Shown here: positions 47,238 to 56,866 of the stretch, piece after piece
Layout: each line of letters starts with the position of its first letter
How positions within the stretch are numbered: the first letter of the stretch is position 1
Assembly: GCA_024278175.1 (NCBI GenBank)
Contig: JAJRTS010000006.1
Coordinates: 41,036 to 105,035 of the forward strand
Source of the DNA: Gemmatimonadales bacterium
GTDB taxonomy: Bacteria > Gemmatimonadota > Glassbacteria > GWA2-58-10
Length of the DNA: 64,000 nucleotides
Direction of reading: 5' to 3'
Notes under the pieces: model-generated
Database searches by the model: none
What the model saw: the letters and a program-made list of their open reading frames with translations, nothing else
What the model was told of the DNA's origin: nothing
Translations under genes and position numbers: made by a program

Positions 47238-48272
47238 TCAGTTCCCGCCGGTCTCGCCGGGGGGCGAATCGTCACTTACGGAAGGCTCCACGTGAACAGT
47301 AACATCGTACACGTTGCCCAGCTCACTGCAGATAGCCGCCTCCACCGCGCTGGCGATCCGATGGCCTGCCAGCACACTGATCCGCGGGTCGACCTTGATG
47401 TGCAAATCGGCGATTATCTGGCCGCCCAGATAACGGGCGCGCACCTTGTGCAGGCCGAGCACCCCCTCCTGCTCGATCGACACGTCCCAGATACGTTCAA
47501 CCACATGCGGTTCAGGGGCCGTGTCGATTATACCGTGGAATGCGGCGCGTGCTATATCCACGCCTACCTTGCCCACCAGTACCGATACGCCAATCGAGGC
47601 CAGCGGGTCGAGAATAACCAGCGAGGGGTGCAGCCGGGCCAGGGCTATGGCGGCCAGGGTGACCACTGATGTGAGCGCATCGCTGCGATGGTGCCAGGCG
47701 TTGGCCACCAGCGCGCCGCTGCGCAGTTTGCGGCCCAGGCGATGGGTGGCGCGGAACAGCCATTCCTTGGCCGCTATGCTCACCGCGGCGATAGCCAGCG
47801 CCAGAGTCGAGGGCGCTGCCAGCGATGGCTGGCCCAGGGCCTTTACCGACGAGGCCACCATCCAGACGGCGAATGCTATCAGCAGACCGCCCGTAACCAG
47901 CTCGGCCAGCGTCTCGATTTTTTTGTGCCCATAGGGATGGTTGGCGTCGTAGGGCTGGTTACCATAGTAGAGCCCCAGCGCCACCACCGCGTCGGTAGCC
48001 AGATCGCTCAACGAGTGCAGCCCGTCGGCTACCAGCGCCCGGCTGCTGCCGTAGATACCCGCGGTCACCTTGGCGGCGCAGAGCAGGATGTTGATCGCCG
48101 CGCCCAGTGCCGAAATGCGCAGGCCTGACGACGCTGCGCTGCTGTGTCGGCTCTCGCTGCCCATCTTCCTTCCCGCGCTCCCCTGCCTCAGGATGGCCCG
48201 GCGGGGGGGCGAAAGCAGCGGCCTCTCCACCGGAAAGGTGTTGACCGGCAACCGGTTATAAAAATGGCGCAA
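47238..48272 (-). CDS. cation diffusion facilitator family transporter
   Basis: CDF signature (HSLSDLATD...PYGHKKIETL), six TM helices and a C-terminal cytoplasmic domain. The start may be internal (MGSESRH). Confidence 0.8.
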   Translation of the reverse strand: MRHFYNRLPVNTFPVERPLLSPPRRAILRQGSAGRKMGSESRHSSAASSGLRISALGAAINILLCAAKVTAGIYGSSRALVADGLHSLSDLATDAVVALGLYYGNQPYDANHPYGHKKIETLAELVTGGLLIAFAVWMVASSVKALGQPSLAAPSTLALAIAAVSIAAKEWLFRATHRLGRKLRSGALVANAWHHRSDALTSVVTLAAIALARLHPSLVILDPLASIGVSVLVGKVGVDIARAAFHGIIDTAPEPHVVERIWDVSIEQEGVLGLHKVRARYLGGQIIADLHIKVDPRISVLAGHRIASAVEAAICSELGNVYDVTVHVEPSVSDDSPPGETGGN

Positions 48273-48388
48273 CCAGTTGCCGCTACACCGATAAAATGGC
48301 GGATGAGGATGGATTAGTCAAGGGAAGGGCCGGAAGGGAGAACCGGCTTTCGTCATTTCCATGCGCTGATTTCGGGAGTTTGGGCAAC

Positions 48389-49645
48389 TCAGGCAGCTTG
48401 CTCGTTTCGCTCTTTGGCCCGTCGCAGACCGAACACGCCCCAACCGGCCAGCAGCAACACGATCGCCAGGCTGTAGAAAATCCAGCCCATACCCAGCCTG
48501 TCGCCGATCCAGCCGCAAAGGGGCGCCGCCAGCGCGCCGATCCCGAGGTTCAGGCCGAACTTGACCCCGTAGCTGGTGCTGCGCCAGGCCGGGGGAGTGG
48601 CCCGGGCAAGCATCTGGTTTTCCAGCGGCTGACTGGAGAAGAAAAAGAAGAAGAACACGCACATGCCCACGATCAGCGGCCAGCCGCCGAACAGGGTGGC
48701 GATCAGCAGCAGGGGGGCGAACACGGGCACGACCCGGCTGTAAATTTTGAACGGGTCGACTTTGTCCGAGAGATGCCCGCCCCAGATCTGTCCCAGCCCG
48801 CCGACTGTCAGCGAGATCGAGGCGAACAGCCCGCCGGCCACCACCGCGCCCAGCGTTTCCACCTCGAACCGCTCACCGATAAACTTGGGCAGATATGTCA
48901 TCACACCGCGATATACGAAACCGAGCACGATCATGATCCCATAGAGCCACAACAGGGTTCTGCGGGTGCCGGCCGCGATAGAGGGTTTGACAGTGTTGCC
49001 GTGCTCGTCGAGCTCGTGATGAGCGATCCGGATCGGGAAAATCAGCAGGGCCAGGCCACATGCGGCGCTCATCGCCGCCGGAACCACGAACGCGGCCCGC
49101 CAGCCAAAACGCACACCCAACAAGCCGGCCAGAAACGGGCTTACCGCCAAGCCGATACTGCCGAATATCCCGTGGATACCCATCACCAGGCCCTGGCGGC
49201 GCACACCCATCGAGATCAGGCCCAGCCCCGATGGGTGATACATGCTGAGAAACAGCCCCAGTAACGCCAGCGAGCCCGCCAGTTGCCAGAGCGAGTCTGA
49301 AAGGGCGGCAAGCAGGCAACTGGCCGCCGAGCCGAAAAAAAACAGCAGAAAAATGCGGTAGCTGTCCCAGCGGTCGGAGAGAAAACCGGCGGGAAAACTG
49401 CCCACGCCCAGCATCACCAGCCCCGGAAACACCAGCAGCCCTGCCTGGGTCAGGTTCAGGTCGAAACTCACCAGCAGCAGCGGCAGGATACCCGCGTAGA
49501 TCAACTCCATCACGTGCATCATCCCGTGGCCCAGGCCGGTGAACCAGATCACCCGCCGCTCATAGGGAAATTCTCCGCCGCTGGATGCCGCGCACCCGGC
49601 CGCTGCGCCCCCGGACAATTCAACTTCTGTGGTTTTGGAACTCAT
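48389..49645 (-). CDS. MFS transporter
   Basis: Twelve TM helices and MFS loop 2-3 motifs. Confidence 0.75.
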   Translation of the reverse strand: MSSKTTEVELSGGAAAGCAASSGGEFPYERRVIWFTGLGHGMMHVMELIYAGILPLLLVSFDLNLTQAGLLVFPGLVMLGVGSFPAGFLSDRWDSYRIFLLFFFGSAASCLLAALSDSLWQLAGSLALLGLFLSMYHPSGLGLISMGVRRQGLVMGIHGIFGSIGLAVSPFLAGLLGVRFGWRAAFVVPAAMSAACGLALLIFPIRIAHHELDEHGNTVKPSIAAGTRRTLLWLYGIMIVLGFVYRGVMTYLPKFIGERFEVETLGAVVAGGLFASISLTVGGLGQIWGGHLSDKVDPFKIYSRVVPVFAPLLLIATLFGGWPLIVGMCVFFFFFFSSQPLENQMLARATPPAWRSTSYGVKFGLNLGIGALAAPLCGWIGDRLGMGWIFYSLAIVLLLAGWGVFGLRRAKERNEQAA

Positions 49646-49677
49646 TCGCCCTTACCCGCTTCCATCTGCAGTGCGGA

Positions 49678-50387
49678 TCAGAAAGTAAAATACACGCCGA
49701 TTCTGGCCTGGATGATATCCGTGGCCGAGCGGATGGTATCATAGCGGATCGAAGCATTATTGAGCCGCTCGATAGAGCCTCGTTTCAGGTACTCGGCCTC
49801 GCCACCCTTGATATAGCTGAACTTGAGATCCAGCAGCGCCTCGCCCAGGCTCACGGCCGGAGTGGAAACCTTACCCTGCCAGAGCCGGAACTTGAGTCCG
49901 CCGCCGAAGCCGATATTGTAGGTGTAGTCGTTGAAATTGGTGCTTTCGGCAATTGGCTCCGAGGCCAGTCTGCGGTTCTCGATCCTGGTCTTGGTGGCGA
50001 TATAGGTTACCCCGCCGAACACCTCGGCGTAGGGGCGGACCACGCCGTGGCTTCTGCCAACGGAAATACCGGGGCTGAAATGGATCAGGAAGTTGTCGGT
50101 CACCACGTCCACCACCACGTCCGGGATCGTGTAGCTCAGCGGCTCAATGCGCCGTTCGCGGCCGTAGTTGAGGTAGTTGACGTCGAAAAAGACCGTGGCC
50201 TTGATCGGAGAGGGCTCGCCGAAGCTCCAGCCGACCCGTCCGCCGCCACCCCAGGCGAACTCGACCTCGTCCTTGAAATCAGCGGCCGGCCACCCCAGCG
50301 AGAGGCCCAGTCCCGCCTCAAGGCGCGCCGAGGCCAGCGAGGGAATCAACAGAGCGGAAAGCAATAACGGAAGCAGCCTGCGCATCA
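49678..50387 (-). CDS. outer membrane beta-barrel protein (OmpW/porin-like)
   Basis: Signal peptide MMRRLLPLLLSALLIPSLASA, alternating amphipathic strands, and a C-terminal YFTF. Confidence 0.6.
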
Positions 50388-50469
50388 TCGACTCCTGCGG
50401 AAGTGCGTTGGTTGCACGCTCACCAGGTGGTCCGGCGGCGTTCGCATAAAGGAGAAATAATATAGTCGA

Positions 50470-50565
50470 ATCGGTGAATTTGACAAGGCTCAGGGGGCAG
50501 TTGAAGAAAGCTCTCAACGGCCCTGAAAGAAATATTTTCCCGGTTGGCCACCCAGGGGCAAGGCC
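50470..50565. mobile_element. degenerate partial copy of the MITE-like repeat
   Basis: gggggcagttgaagaaagctctcaacggccctgaaagaaatattttcc resembles the terminal hairpin plus the adjacent segment of copies 2 and 3. Confidence 0.35.
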
Positions 50566-50581
50566 GGAGGAGCTATGTGGT

Positions 50582-51529
50582 TCAACGGCGGATGTTGTTC
50601 TGGGTTAAAAGTTTACGGGTGAGCCATTCGATAAAGCGGTCGGTTGTGATCCGCATCCCGATCCGGCAGTTGGCCGCTTTGCTCTCGTCCACCACGGTGA
50701 AGCCCTCAGCGGTTACCCGCACATGGGCCTCGCGGAGCTGGACGAACTCATCGGTGATCGCCATCGCCACCGCCACCGGGTCGAACAGCGTGGGGTCGCG
50801 CCGCTCCGGGTGGGGAAGCGCCCAGAGGGTGTAGAGCGCACAGATCGCGTCTGTCAGCGGCGAGTTGCGGTAGAGCAGTTGCAGGCGGCGTTCCTTGCCG
50901 AACCTGACCATCGTGGTCACATCCAGCCCGGCCAGGGTGATCGGCACGCCGCTGGTCATCAGAAGCTGCGCGCTCGGCACGTCCGCCCGCACGTTCCACT
51001 CGGCGCTGGGGCGGCTGTCGCCGCCGTAGCCCATGTAGAACGAACCGAACATCGCGTAGACTTCCCTGACCAGTTTCCAGGCCCCGGGGTCCTTGCGGAT
51101 CACATCGCCCAGGTTGGTCACCGGCCCCACGCTGATGATCGTTACCTCGCCGGGGTACTTTCTCAGCATGCGGATGATAAAATCAGCGGCCGGCTCGTCG
51201 GTTGGCCGGTAGCGGGCGAAACCGTCGCCCCAATGAAGCTGCGGGGGTGGGCTGGCCTCCGGGCGGGTGGAGCGGCCCACGGCCACGGGGATCGAGTCCT
51301 GGCCGGCCTCCCAAAGCATCCGGCAGCTCAGGCGGCCGCGTCCCTCGGTGGGGCCGTCGCAAACAGTGATTCCCAGCACCTCGAACTCCGGGCTGATCTG
51401 CACCAGCGCCTGGGCGAACGCATCGTCGACATCCCCGCCCAGATCGGTGTCGAAAATGATTTTCCGGCCGGCGAACAGGCTTCCGGCCCAAAGCAAACCG
51501 GCGAACATCAGCAGGGTGAAAAACCTCAT
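50582..51529 (-). CDS. nucleoside hydrolase (IU-NH family), secreted
   Basis: N-terminal signal and the DTDLGGDVDDAFAQAL aspartate cluster. Confidence 0.8.
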   Translation of the reverse strand: MRFFTLLMFAGLLWAGSLFAGRKIIFDTDLGGDVDDAFAQALVQISPEFEVLGITVCDGPTEGRGRLSCRMLWEAGQDSIPVAVGRSTRPEASPPPQLHWGDGFARYRPTDEPAADFIIRMLRKYPGEVTIISVGPVTNLGDVIRKDPGAWKLVREVYAMFGSFYMGYGGDSRPSAEWNVRADVPSAQLLMTSGVPITLAGLDVTTMVRFGKERRLQLLYRNSPLTDAICALYTLWALPHPERRDPTLFDPVAVAMAITDEFVQLREAHVRVTAEGFTVVDESKAANCRIGMRITTDRFIEWLTRKLLTQNNIRR

Positions 51530-51544
51530 CAGGCCTCCGGGGAA

Positions 51545-53416
51545 TTACAGCCATTGGTTGAAAAATTTAACCAGTTCCTCGAACATCTCCGGGGTGAACG
51601 AGTGCTTGCCGGGCGGACGGTAGCCGATCAGGGCTCCGGGCCTTCCCGCGCGCACGTAAGCGGGACGCGCTTTTTCCAGCAGCTCGTCCACGCCCTCCCT
51701 GGGCATCCCGATATCATCGAGCGGGGCGGCGATAAAGTAGGGCCGGGGGGCCTGGGCCGCCACCAGCTCCGGCTGGTCGAAATGCTGAAGGATTCCCGGC
51801 AGCCACCAGTAGTGACCGTGGTAGCCGGGCGTACCGACCGCGAGCATGTGGCGCAGGGTGCCCACTCCGCCGCACAGAGGCGCGGCGGCCGCGAACCGGC
51901 TGTCTGCCGCCGTGCTGTAGAAGGTGGTAATCCTGCCGAAACTCATGCCCGTGCAGCCGATCCGCTCTGGATCGACATCATCAAGGGTGGTCAGGTAACT
52001 GAGCGCCTGGCGGATCTCGTGGGCGTGGATTCCCTGGCTGGTGAAACCTTGAATCAGGGCGGCCTTGCTCTGGTCGCCGCTGTTGAAACCCCGGTCGCCC
52101 AGCCCCCGCTGAGTCATCGCCAGTGTGACATAGCCCCTGCGGGCAAGCTCCGCGGCCCAGCCGATCAATCTGCTGTGTGGCGGTCTGGGTTCCTTGCGGC
52201 CCAACGACACGTACTCGCCGATCCCGAAATCTGGGCGGGTGAGCACAATCCTGTCCCCGCCGGTGCCGGAGAGGCAGATCACCGCGGGCAGTTTTTTGCC
52301 TTTCGCGCCGGTGGGACGGCAGAGGTAGGCCGGTACCCACTGGCCGAAAATGGTGGGCCAGCGCACCTCCTGCCGCGTGTACCCGTCGAACTGCTCCACC
52401 TCGCCTTCCACGGCCTGCACATCCGGTGCGCCGGGATGGATATTCAGCACGGCGCAAAGCTCCTCGCGCACGTTGCTCGGCTGGCCGGGAGCGGCCGCGT
52501 CGATCTTGTCGTAGAATTCATCCCACAGTGGGACCGGCCCGCCGAAAACGTTTTCCACCAGCCCGGTGGCCACCTTGACGGGGCCGAACGTGCGGGAGAA
52601 ATCGAAATTGCCGCGCTCATCGAGCGAGGGCGCCGGGCTCTCTAACCAGTTAAACAGCTCCGGGTGGGCCAGTGCGCCCACGGCCGCAAGATCGGCGATA
52701 TTGAACGGCTCGTCCATCTGCCAGCCGTTGGTCATCATCAGCAGGTTGAGATAGTCTCCCAGCGGGCCCCGGCCCCGCAGCGCACGCTTGCTGTGATGCT
52801 TGGTCTGGATCATCACGTTGTTCCCGCAGGGGATATAGAGCAGCTTGACTCCGGAACTGAACAGCACACGGGCGGCGGTCAGGTCCTGCATCATGTTATG
52901 CTCGCCGCCCTCGCCGTCGGGCCAGTCCACTCCACCGAGCCAGGCGAAAGTCACCCGCCCGGCAATACCCGGATCGAGCAGGATGGCGCTGGCCAGGTTG
53001 GTGGCCGCGCCGATTCCAAGCACCACCAGTTCGCCCTGCCCGGCGGCCTTGCTGCGCTCGATGATGAATTTTACGGCATCGCTGACCACAGGGGTTTTAC
53101 TGTCCGTAAGCGGTTTGTCGGCCCCCATAATCACGGGGATACCCCTGATCCCCGCCAGGCCAATCATGTTGTGGATTTCCAGGAAATTTTTCTCCGAGGT
53201 CCCCGGGCCGTTGTGTACCGAGGTGAACCCCTCGATAGTAAAATGCTCGGGGCTGAGCAGAGCGTAGGCGATCGCATGCTGGTCGTCGCGCTCACAGGCG
53301 GCGTCGGTGTCGATAATAACCCTCACCCTGTGCGGGGCGGCGATCAACAGGGCCGGCAGCAGCAAGGCAAACAGGATAAGCGACAGTCGAGATTTGAAGC
53401 GGACCGGGGAATCCAT
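51545..53416 (-). CDS. fusion protein: nucleoside-hydrolase-like N-terminal domain plus C-terminal alpha/beta-hydrolase (esterase/DLH-like) domain
   Basis: N-terminal IIDTDAACERDDQHAIAYAL. C-terminal GCTGMSFGR (GxSxG nucleophile elbow), a downstream Asp (APLDDIG), and a signal peptide. Confidence 0.6.
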   Translation of the reverse strand: MDSPVRFKSRLSLILFALLLPALLIAAPHRVRVIIDTDAACERDDQHAIAYALLSPEHFTIEGFTSVHNGPGTSEKNFLEIHNMIGLAGIRGIPVIMGADKPLTDSKTPVVSDAVKFIIERSKAAGQGELVVLGIGAATNLASAILLDPGIAGRVTFAWLGGVDWPDGEGGEHNMMQDLTAARVLFSSGVKLLYIPCGNNVMIQTKHHSKRALRGRGPLGDYLNLLMMTNGWQMDEPFNIADLAAVGALAHPELFNWLESPAPSLDERGNFDFSRTFGPVKVATGLVENVFGGPVPLWDEFYDKIDAAAPGQPSNVREELCAVLNIHPGAPDVQAVEGEVEQFDGYTRQEVRWPTIFGQWVPAYLCRPTGAKGKKLPAVICLSGTGGDRIVLTRPDFGIGEYVSLGRKEPRPPHSRLIGWAAELARRGYVTLAMTQRGLGDRGFNSGDQSKAALIQGFTSQGIHAHEIRQALSYLTTLDDVDPERIGCTGMSFGRITTFYSTAADSRFAAAAPLCGGVGTLRHMLAVGTPGYHGHYWWLPGILQHFDQPELVAAQAPRPYFIAAPLDDIGMPREGVDELLEKARPAYVRAGRPGALIGYRPPGKHSFTPEMFEELVKFFNQWL

Positions 53417-53466
53417 TTCGGTTTTCGCTTTTTAAGGTGAATGCCAGGTGTTCCAAAAGCTCAGGG

Positions 53467-53553
53467 GCGCGGGGTGGCATCCTTTTTGCTAAAACGCTGA
53501 AGGGCTGGGAGTTGCGCCGATGGTGCTTACGCAAAAAGGATGCCGCCCCGCGC
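53467..53553. promoter_or_regulatory. 23-bp near-perfect inverted repeat with a ~41-nt spacer
   Basis: gcgcggggtggcatcctttttgc (53467-53489) and gcaaaaaggatgccgccccgcgc (53531-53553). Located between two minus-strand genes. Confidence 0.4.
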
Positions 53554-53715
53554 CTGTCCGGGAGGCCATCCACGTGGGTAGCTCGTGGTAGCTTTCACGG
53601 ATCGGTTTGACACCGGTGCGTTCGTGCTGCTCGAGGATTTTACGGGCGCGGTCGATCCGGTTGAACACGCTTCGGCGCTCATGGGGTTTTATATTGTTCT
53701 TTCGGCGAGAGTCAG

Positions 53716-54390
53716 CTATTTCAGTTCCTTGACCGCAATCTTGCGAAACAACACCTTGCTGCCCTTGCGCCAGTTCTCGCCCGGGTGGACCTGGATCGCT
53801 ATCGCACCGCTGCGGGGTACCACCGGGGTGCCGTCCTCTTGAAGCGCGCCCTGGTAGTCGTTGATTTTCTCCCCGTTGAGCCAGACCTGGATTCTCGGCG
53901 GCTGGCTCTCGATCCGGATCCTCATCGCGTTATAGTCGAACGGGTCCCAGAGGCTGAAACCGCGGTAGCAGTGCTGGGCAAAACCGCCGCCACGAGGGAT
54001 GTAGACCGCGCCGATCTCGCCCTCGGGACGGTGATCGATCGTGATCTGGTAGGAGAGCACGTCGGGCTGCACGCGAAGGAACAGGCCGGAGTCTTGGGGA
54101 TAAGTGGTTTTCACCTCGGCGTAAACCTCGAAATCGCTGTACATTTTCTCGGTGGCCAGCAGGCCGCCCTCACCCTTGGGCCACTGGTCACCGGCAATAG
54201 CCCCGTCGATTACCTCCCACTGGCCGTGGTCGTTGTAGCTGGTCAGCTTGGCCCAGCCATCGAGTGACTTCCCGTCGAATATGTCCACGAAACCGCTGAG
54301 GTCGGTTTCCTGCCCGGCGGCCCGCGAGCTTTGTGCGACAAAGAGTCCGAGTGCCAGGGCCATTGCTACGAGGATCGATGGAATACGCAT
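53716..54390 (-). CDS. DUF1080 (3-keto-disaccharide hydrolase-like, LamG-type jelly-roll) protein, secreted
   Basis: Signal peptide, FDGKSLDGW, and the C-terminal FRKIAVKEL motif typical of DUF1080. Confidence 0.7.
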   Translation of the reverse strand: MRIPSILVAMALALGLFVAQSSRAAGQETDLSGFVDIFDGKSLDGWAKLTSYNDHGQWEVIDGAIAGDQWPKGEGGLLATEKMYSDFEVYAEVKTTYPQDSGLFLRVQPDVLSYQITIDHRPEGEIGAVYIPRGGGFAQHCYRGFSLWDPFDYNAMRIRIESQPPRIQVWLNGEKINDYQGALQEDGTPVVPRSGAIAIQVHPGENWRKGSKVLFRKIAVKELK

Positions 54391-54572
54391 TATTCAAGGT
54401 CTCCCGTGTTGGAATGAGAGTGTAAAATAGTGGCGAATGAGTTATATTGCTGCTATGATAGTTGATGATCAACCGATGTGCAAGATAAAGTACAACGCGC
54501 CTTTCCCCGGTTCATTCCTTCGCTGGAGTCTGGCCGGTTAATCCAGACTGAATTCAATCCAGGAGCCGAAAA

Positions 54573-56807
54573 ATGAGAAGTGGCCTGCTCTCTTTTATGT
54601 TGGCGGTAATTGTGTCGCTATCCTGGGCCGATAGCTCCAGCGCTTTTGTGACTGAGCTTCGCCAGCGCGGATATGCCCTGATTCCCACGCCCCAGCGGGT
54701 GGAGCTTGAGAACGGCGATATAACACTGGGCCCGGGCTGGGCGATTGAGGCCGAGGGCCGTGCCCGGGGAGATATCGCCGTGCGGCGGTTGACAGAGGGT
54801 GCACGGGAGCTGCACGGGCTGGTTTTAGCGGGTAAGGGCGAGGGCAAAATCGTGCTGAAAATAGCCGCTGGGACCGTTAAAGGCACGGATGATCCCGAGC
54901 TGCTTAAGCAGGCCTACAGGCTGACAGCTACGCCGGGCAGGGTGGAAATAACGGGTAACGATGCGCCGGGGCTGTTTTATGGCGTCCAGAGTTTTTTGCA
55001 GCTCCTGCGCCGCAATCCTGACGGCAGTCTCAGTCTGCCGGCGGGCACTATCACCGACTGGCCCGACCTTCAGCTTCGCTTCGCCCACTGGGACACCAAG
55101 CACCACCAGAAAAGAATCGAAACGCTGAAGCGGCTTATCGACTGGCTGGCTTATTTCAAGGTCAACATGATCGGTTTCGAGATGGAGGATAAGTACGAGT
55201 ACCCCAGCCACCCGATTATTGGCGCGCCGGGCGCATACACCAAAGAGCAGATGCAGGAGCTTACCCGCTACGCCCTGGAGCGCCACGTTCAGCTTGTCCC
55301 GGTTATCCAGAGTCCGGCGCACATGGCTTACGTGCTCAAGCACGAAGAGTTCGCCCACCTTCGCGCCGACGGCTGCAACTACCAGATCTGCATGTGTGAC
55401 CCCGAGGCGATCCAACTCATTTTCGACATGTTCGACGACATGATCGAGGCCACGCCGGGAGTGGAGTATTTCCACGTCTCCACCGACGAGGTCTATTTCG
55501 CCGGAACCTGCGACAAGTGCGAGCGGGAGTACAACGAAGAGAACCGCAGCCAGGCCTGGATCGATTTCGTGCTTAAGGCCCACGAGTTTCTTGCCTCCCG
55601 TGGCCGGACGATGCTGGCCTGGGTGGAGTACCCGGTGCTGGCCGAGCATATCCTCCAGTTGCCGCCGGATTTGATCGACGGGGTGATGGGCGGCGACCAG
55701 GATTTCCTCGATATGGAAAAAGCTGTCGGGATCAGGCAACTGGCCTACAGCAGCACCCAGGGCTCGGAGTTCCTGTTCCCCAACCATCTGCCTACAACTT
55801 ACCGTGGCCGCTATACGCGGGGCAGGGTGGAGGGCAACGTGCAAACCGTGCGCAGGGGACTGGCCATGGGGGCCAACCCGATTGGCTCGTTCGCGGCCGC
55901 CTGGGACGACTCCGGCCTGCATGAGGAAACTTTCTGGCTCGGCTGGGCCTCTGTAACCCAGTACGCCTGGACCCACCTGACACCCACTCCGGAGCAGACC
56001 ACGGCCGATTTCATGGATGTGTTTTATGGACCCGGCCATCAGGATATGCTGGAGGTCTACAACCTGCTTGAGCAGGGCGCGCGCTTTTTCGAGGATGGCT
56101 GGGAATCGGTTATCAGCTCCGAGCGCAATCCGGGCTACGGGAACAGTGATGGTAAGGGTATCCATACCGAGCGCTACGACCAGTTGCTGGTGCCGCCCTC
56201 GCTCCCCGATCCTGCCGACCTCGCTATCGAATCCGTGTTCAGCACCAGGTATGCCGGAAGGGTTGAGCAGGCCCGCGCCCTGCTGCCGGAGAGCGACAGG
56301 CTGATCGCTCTGCTGAACCGCAACATGACCAGCCTGTCTCGCAACCGCTACAACCAGGAAGTATATTTGAGTATCGCCCAGCTTGAACGACACTTTATCG
56401 AAACTCTGCTTGAGTTGGACGAGACCGAGCGTTCGCTGATCTCGGCCTCCGAAGCCGCGGCGAAAGGGAATCACGGCCGGGCGGTGAACTATATGGTGGA
56501 GGCCAACAACTCCGTGGCCGCTCTGCTGGAGAGGCGCGAATGGATGTGGAACAACCTGACGGAGGTCTGGGAAAAAAGCCGCTACGAGAAGGGTCGGAGC
56601 GTGGACGGGCGGAAGTTCGTGCACGTGCTTGACGATCTCAAGGACCACTGGGCCGACCGCCGCCGTGGCCTGGACTATATGATGGCCCCGTTCCAGCGCA
56701 TGCAACTGCCCGCCTGGCGCGGCGCTCTGGTGAAAATTATCGACTCCTACGCCGCCGCCCACGGCGTGCCCGTGCGGGGGCTGGCTGTTCCCCGGCTGGA
56801 GGACTGA
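54573..56807 (+). CDS. GH20-like glycoside hydrolase (beta-N-acetylhexosaminidase-type catalytic domain), secreted, paralog 1
   Basis: Signal peptide, an N-terminal GH20b-like domain, and a TIM barrel beginning ITDWPDLQLRFAHWD. Shares the same 744-aa length and domain order with the next gene. Confidence 0.5.
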   Translation: MRSGLLSFMLAVIVSLSWADSSSAFVTELRQRGYALIPTPQRVELENGDITLGPGWAIEAEGRARGDIAVRRLTEGARELHGLVLAGKGEGKIVLKIAAGTVKGTDDPELLKQAYRLTATPGRVEITGNDAPGLFYGVQSFLQLLRRNPDGSLSLPAGTITDWPDLQLRFAHWDTKHHQKRIETLKRLIDWLAYFKVNMIGFEMEDKYEYPSHPIIGAPGAYTKEQMQELTRYALERHVQLVPVIQSPAHMAYVLKHEEFAHLRADGCNYQICMCDPEAIQLIFDMFDDMIEATPGVEYFHVSTDEVYFAGTCDKCEREYNEENRSQAWIDFVLKAHEFLASRGRTMLAWVEYPVLAEHILQLPPDLIDGVMGGDQDFLDMEKAVGIRQLAYSSTQGSEFLFPNHLPTTYRGRYTRGRVEGNVQTVRRGLAMGANPIGSFAAAWDDSGLHEETFWLGWASVTQYAWTHLTPTPEQTTADFMDVFYGPGHQDMLEVYNLLEQGARFFEDGWESVISSERNPGYGNSDGKGIHTERYDQLLVPPSLPDPADLAIESVFSTRYAGRVEQARALLPESDRLIALLNRNMTSLSRNRYNQEVYLSIAQLERHFIETLLELDETERSLISASEAAAKGNHGRAVNYMVEANNSVAALLERREWMWNNLTEVWEKSRYEKGRSVDGRKFVHVLDDLKDHWADRRRGLDYMMAPFQRMQLPAWRGALVKIIDSYAAAHGVPVRGLAVPRLED

Positions 56808-56866
56808 CTTAACAACCTGATCATTATAATATCAAGATAACTCTTTATTGTGGAGAGCGGTAGCTG

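Noticed and set aside
50723-52645. 640-aa plus-strand ORF across the two nucleoside-hydrolase genes
   Set aside because: It crosses the gene boundary at 51529/51545 on the opposite strand. Arg/Gly-rich shadow.
54825-56762. 645-aa minus-strand ORF antisense to GH20-like paralog 1 (similar ORFs at 57110-58036 and 58067-59113 antisense to paralog 2)
   Set aside because: Shadow frames. The sense proteins are paralogous to each other with signal peptides.
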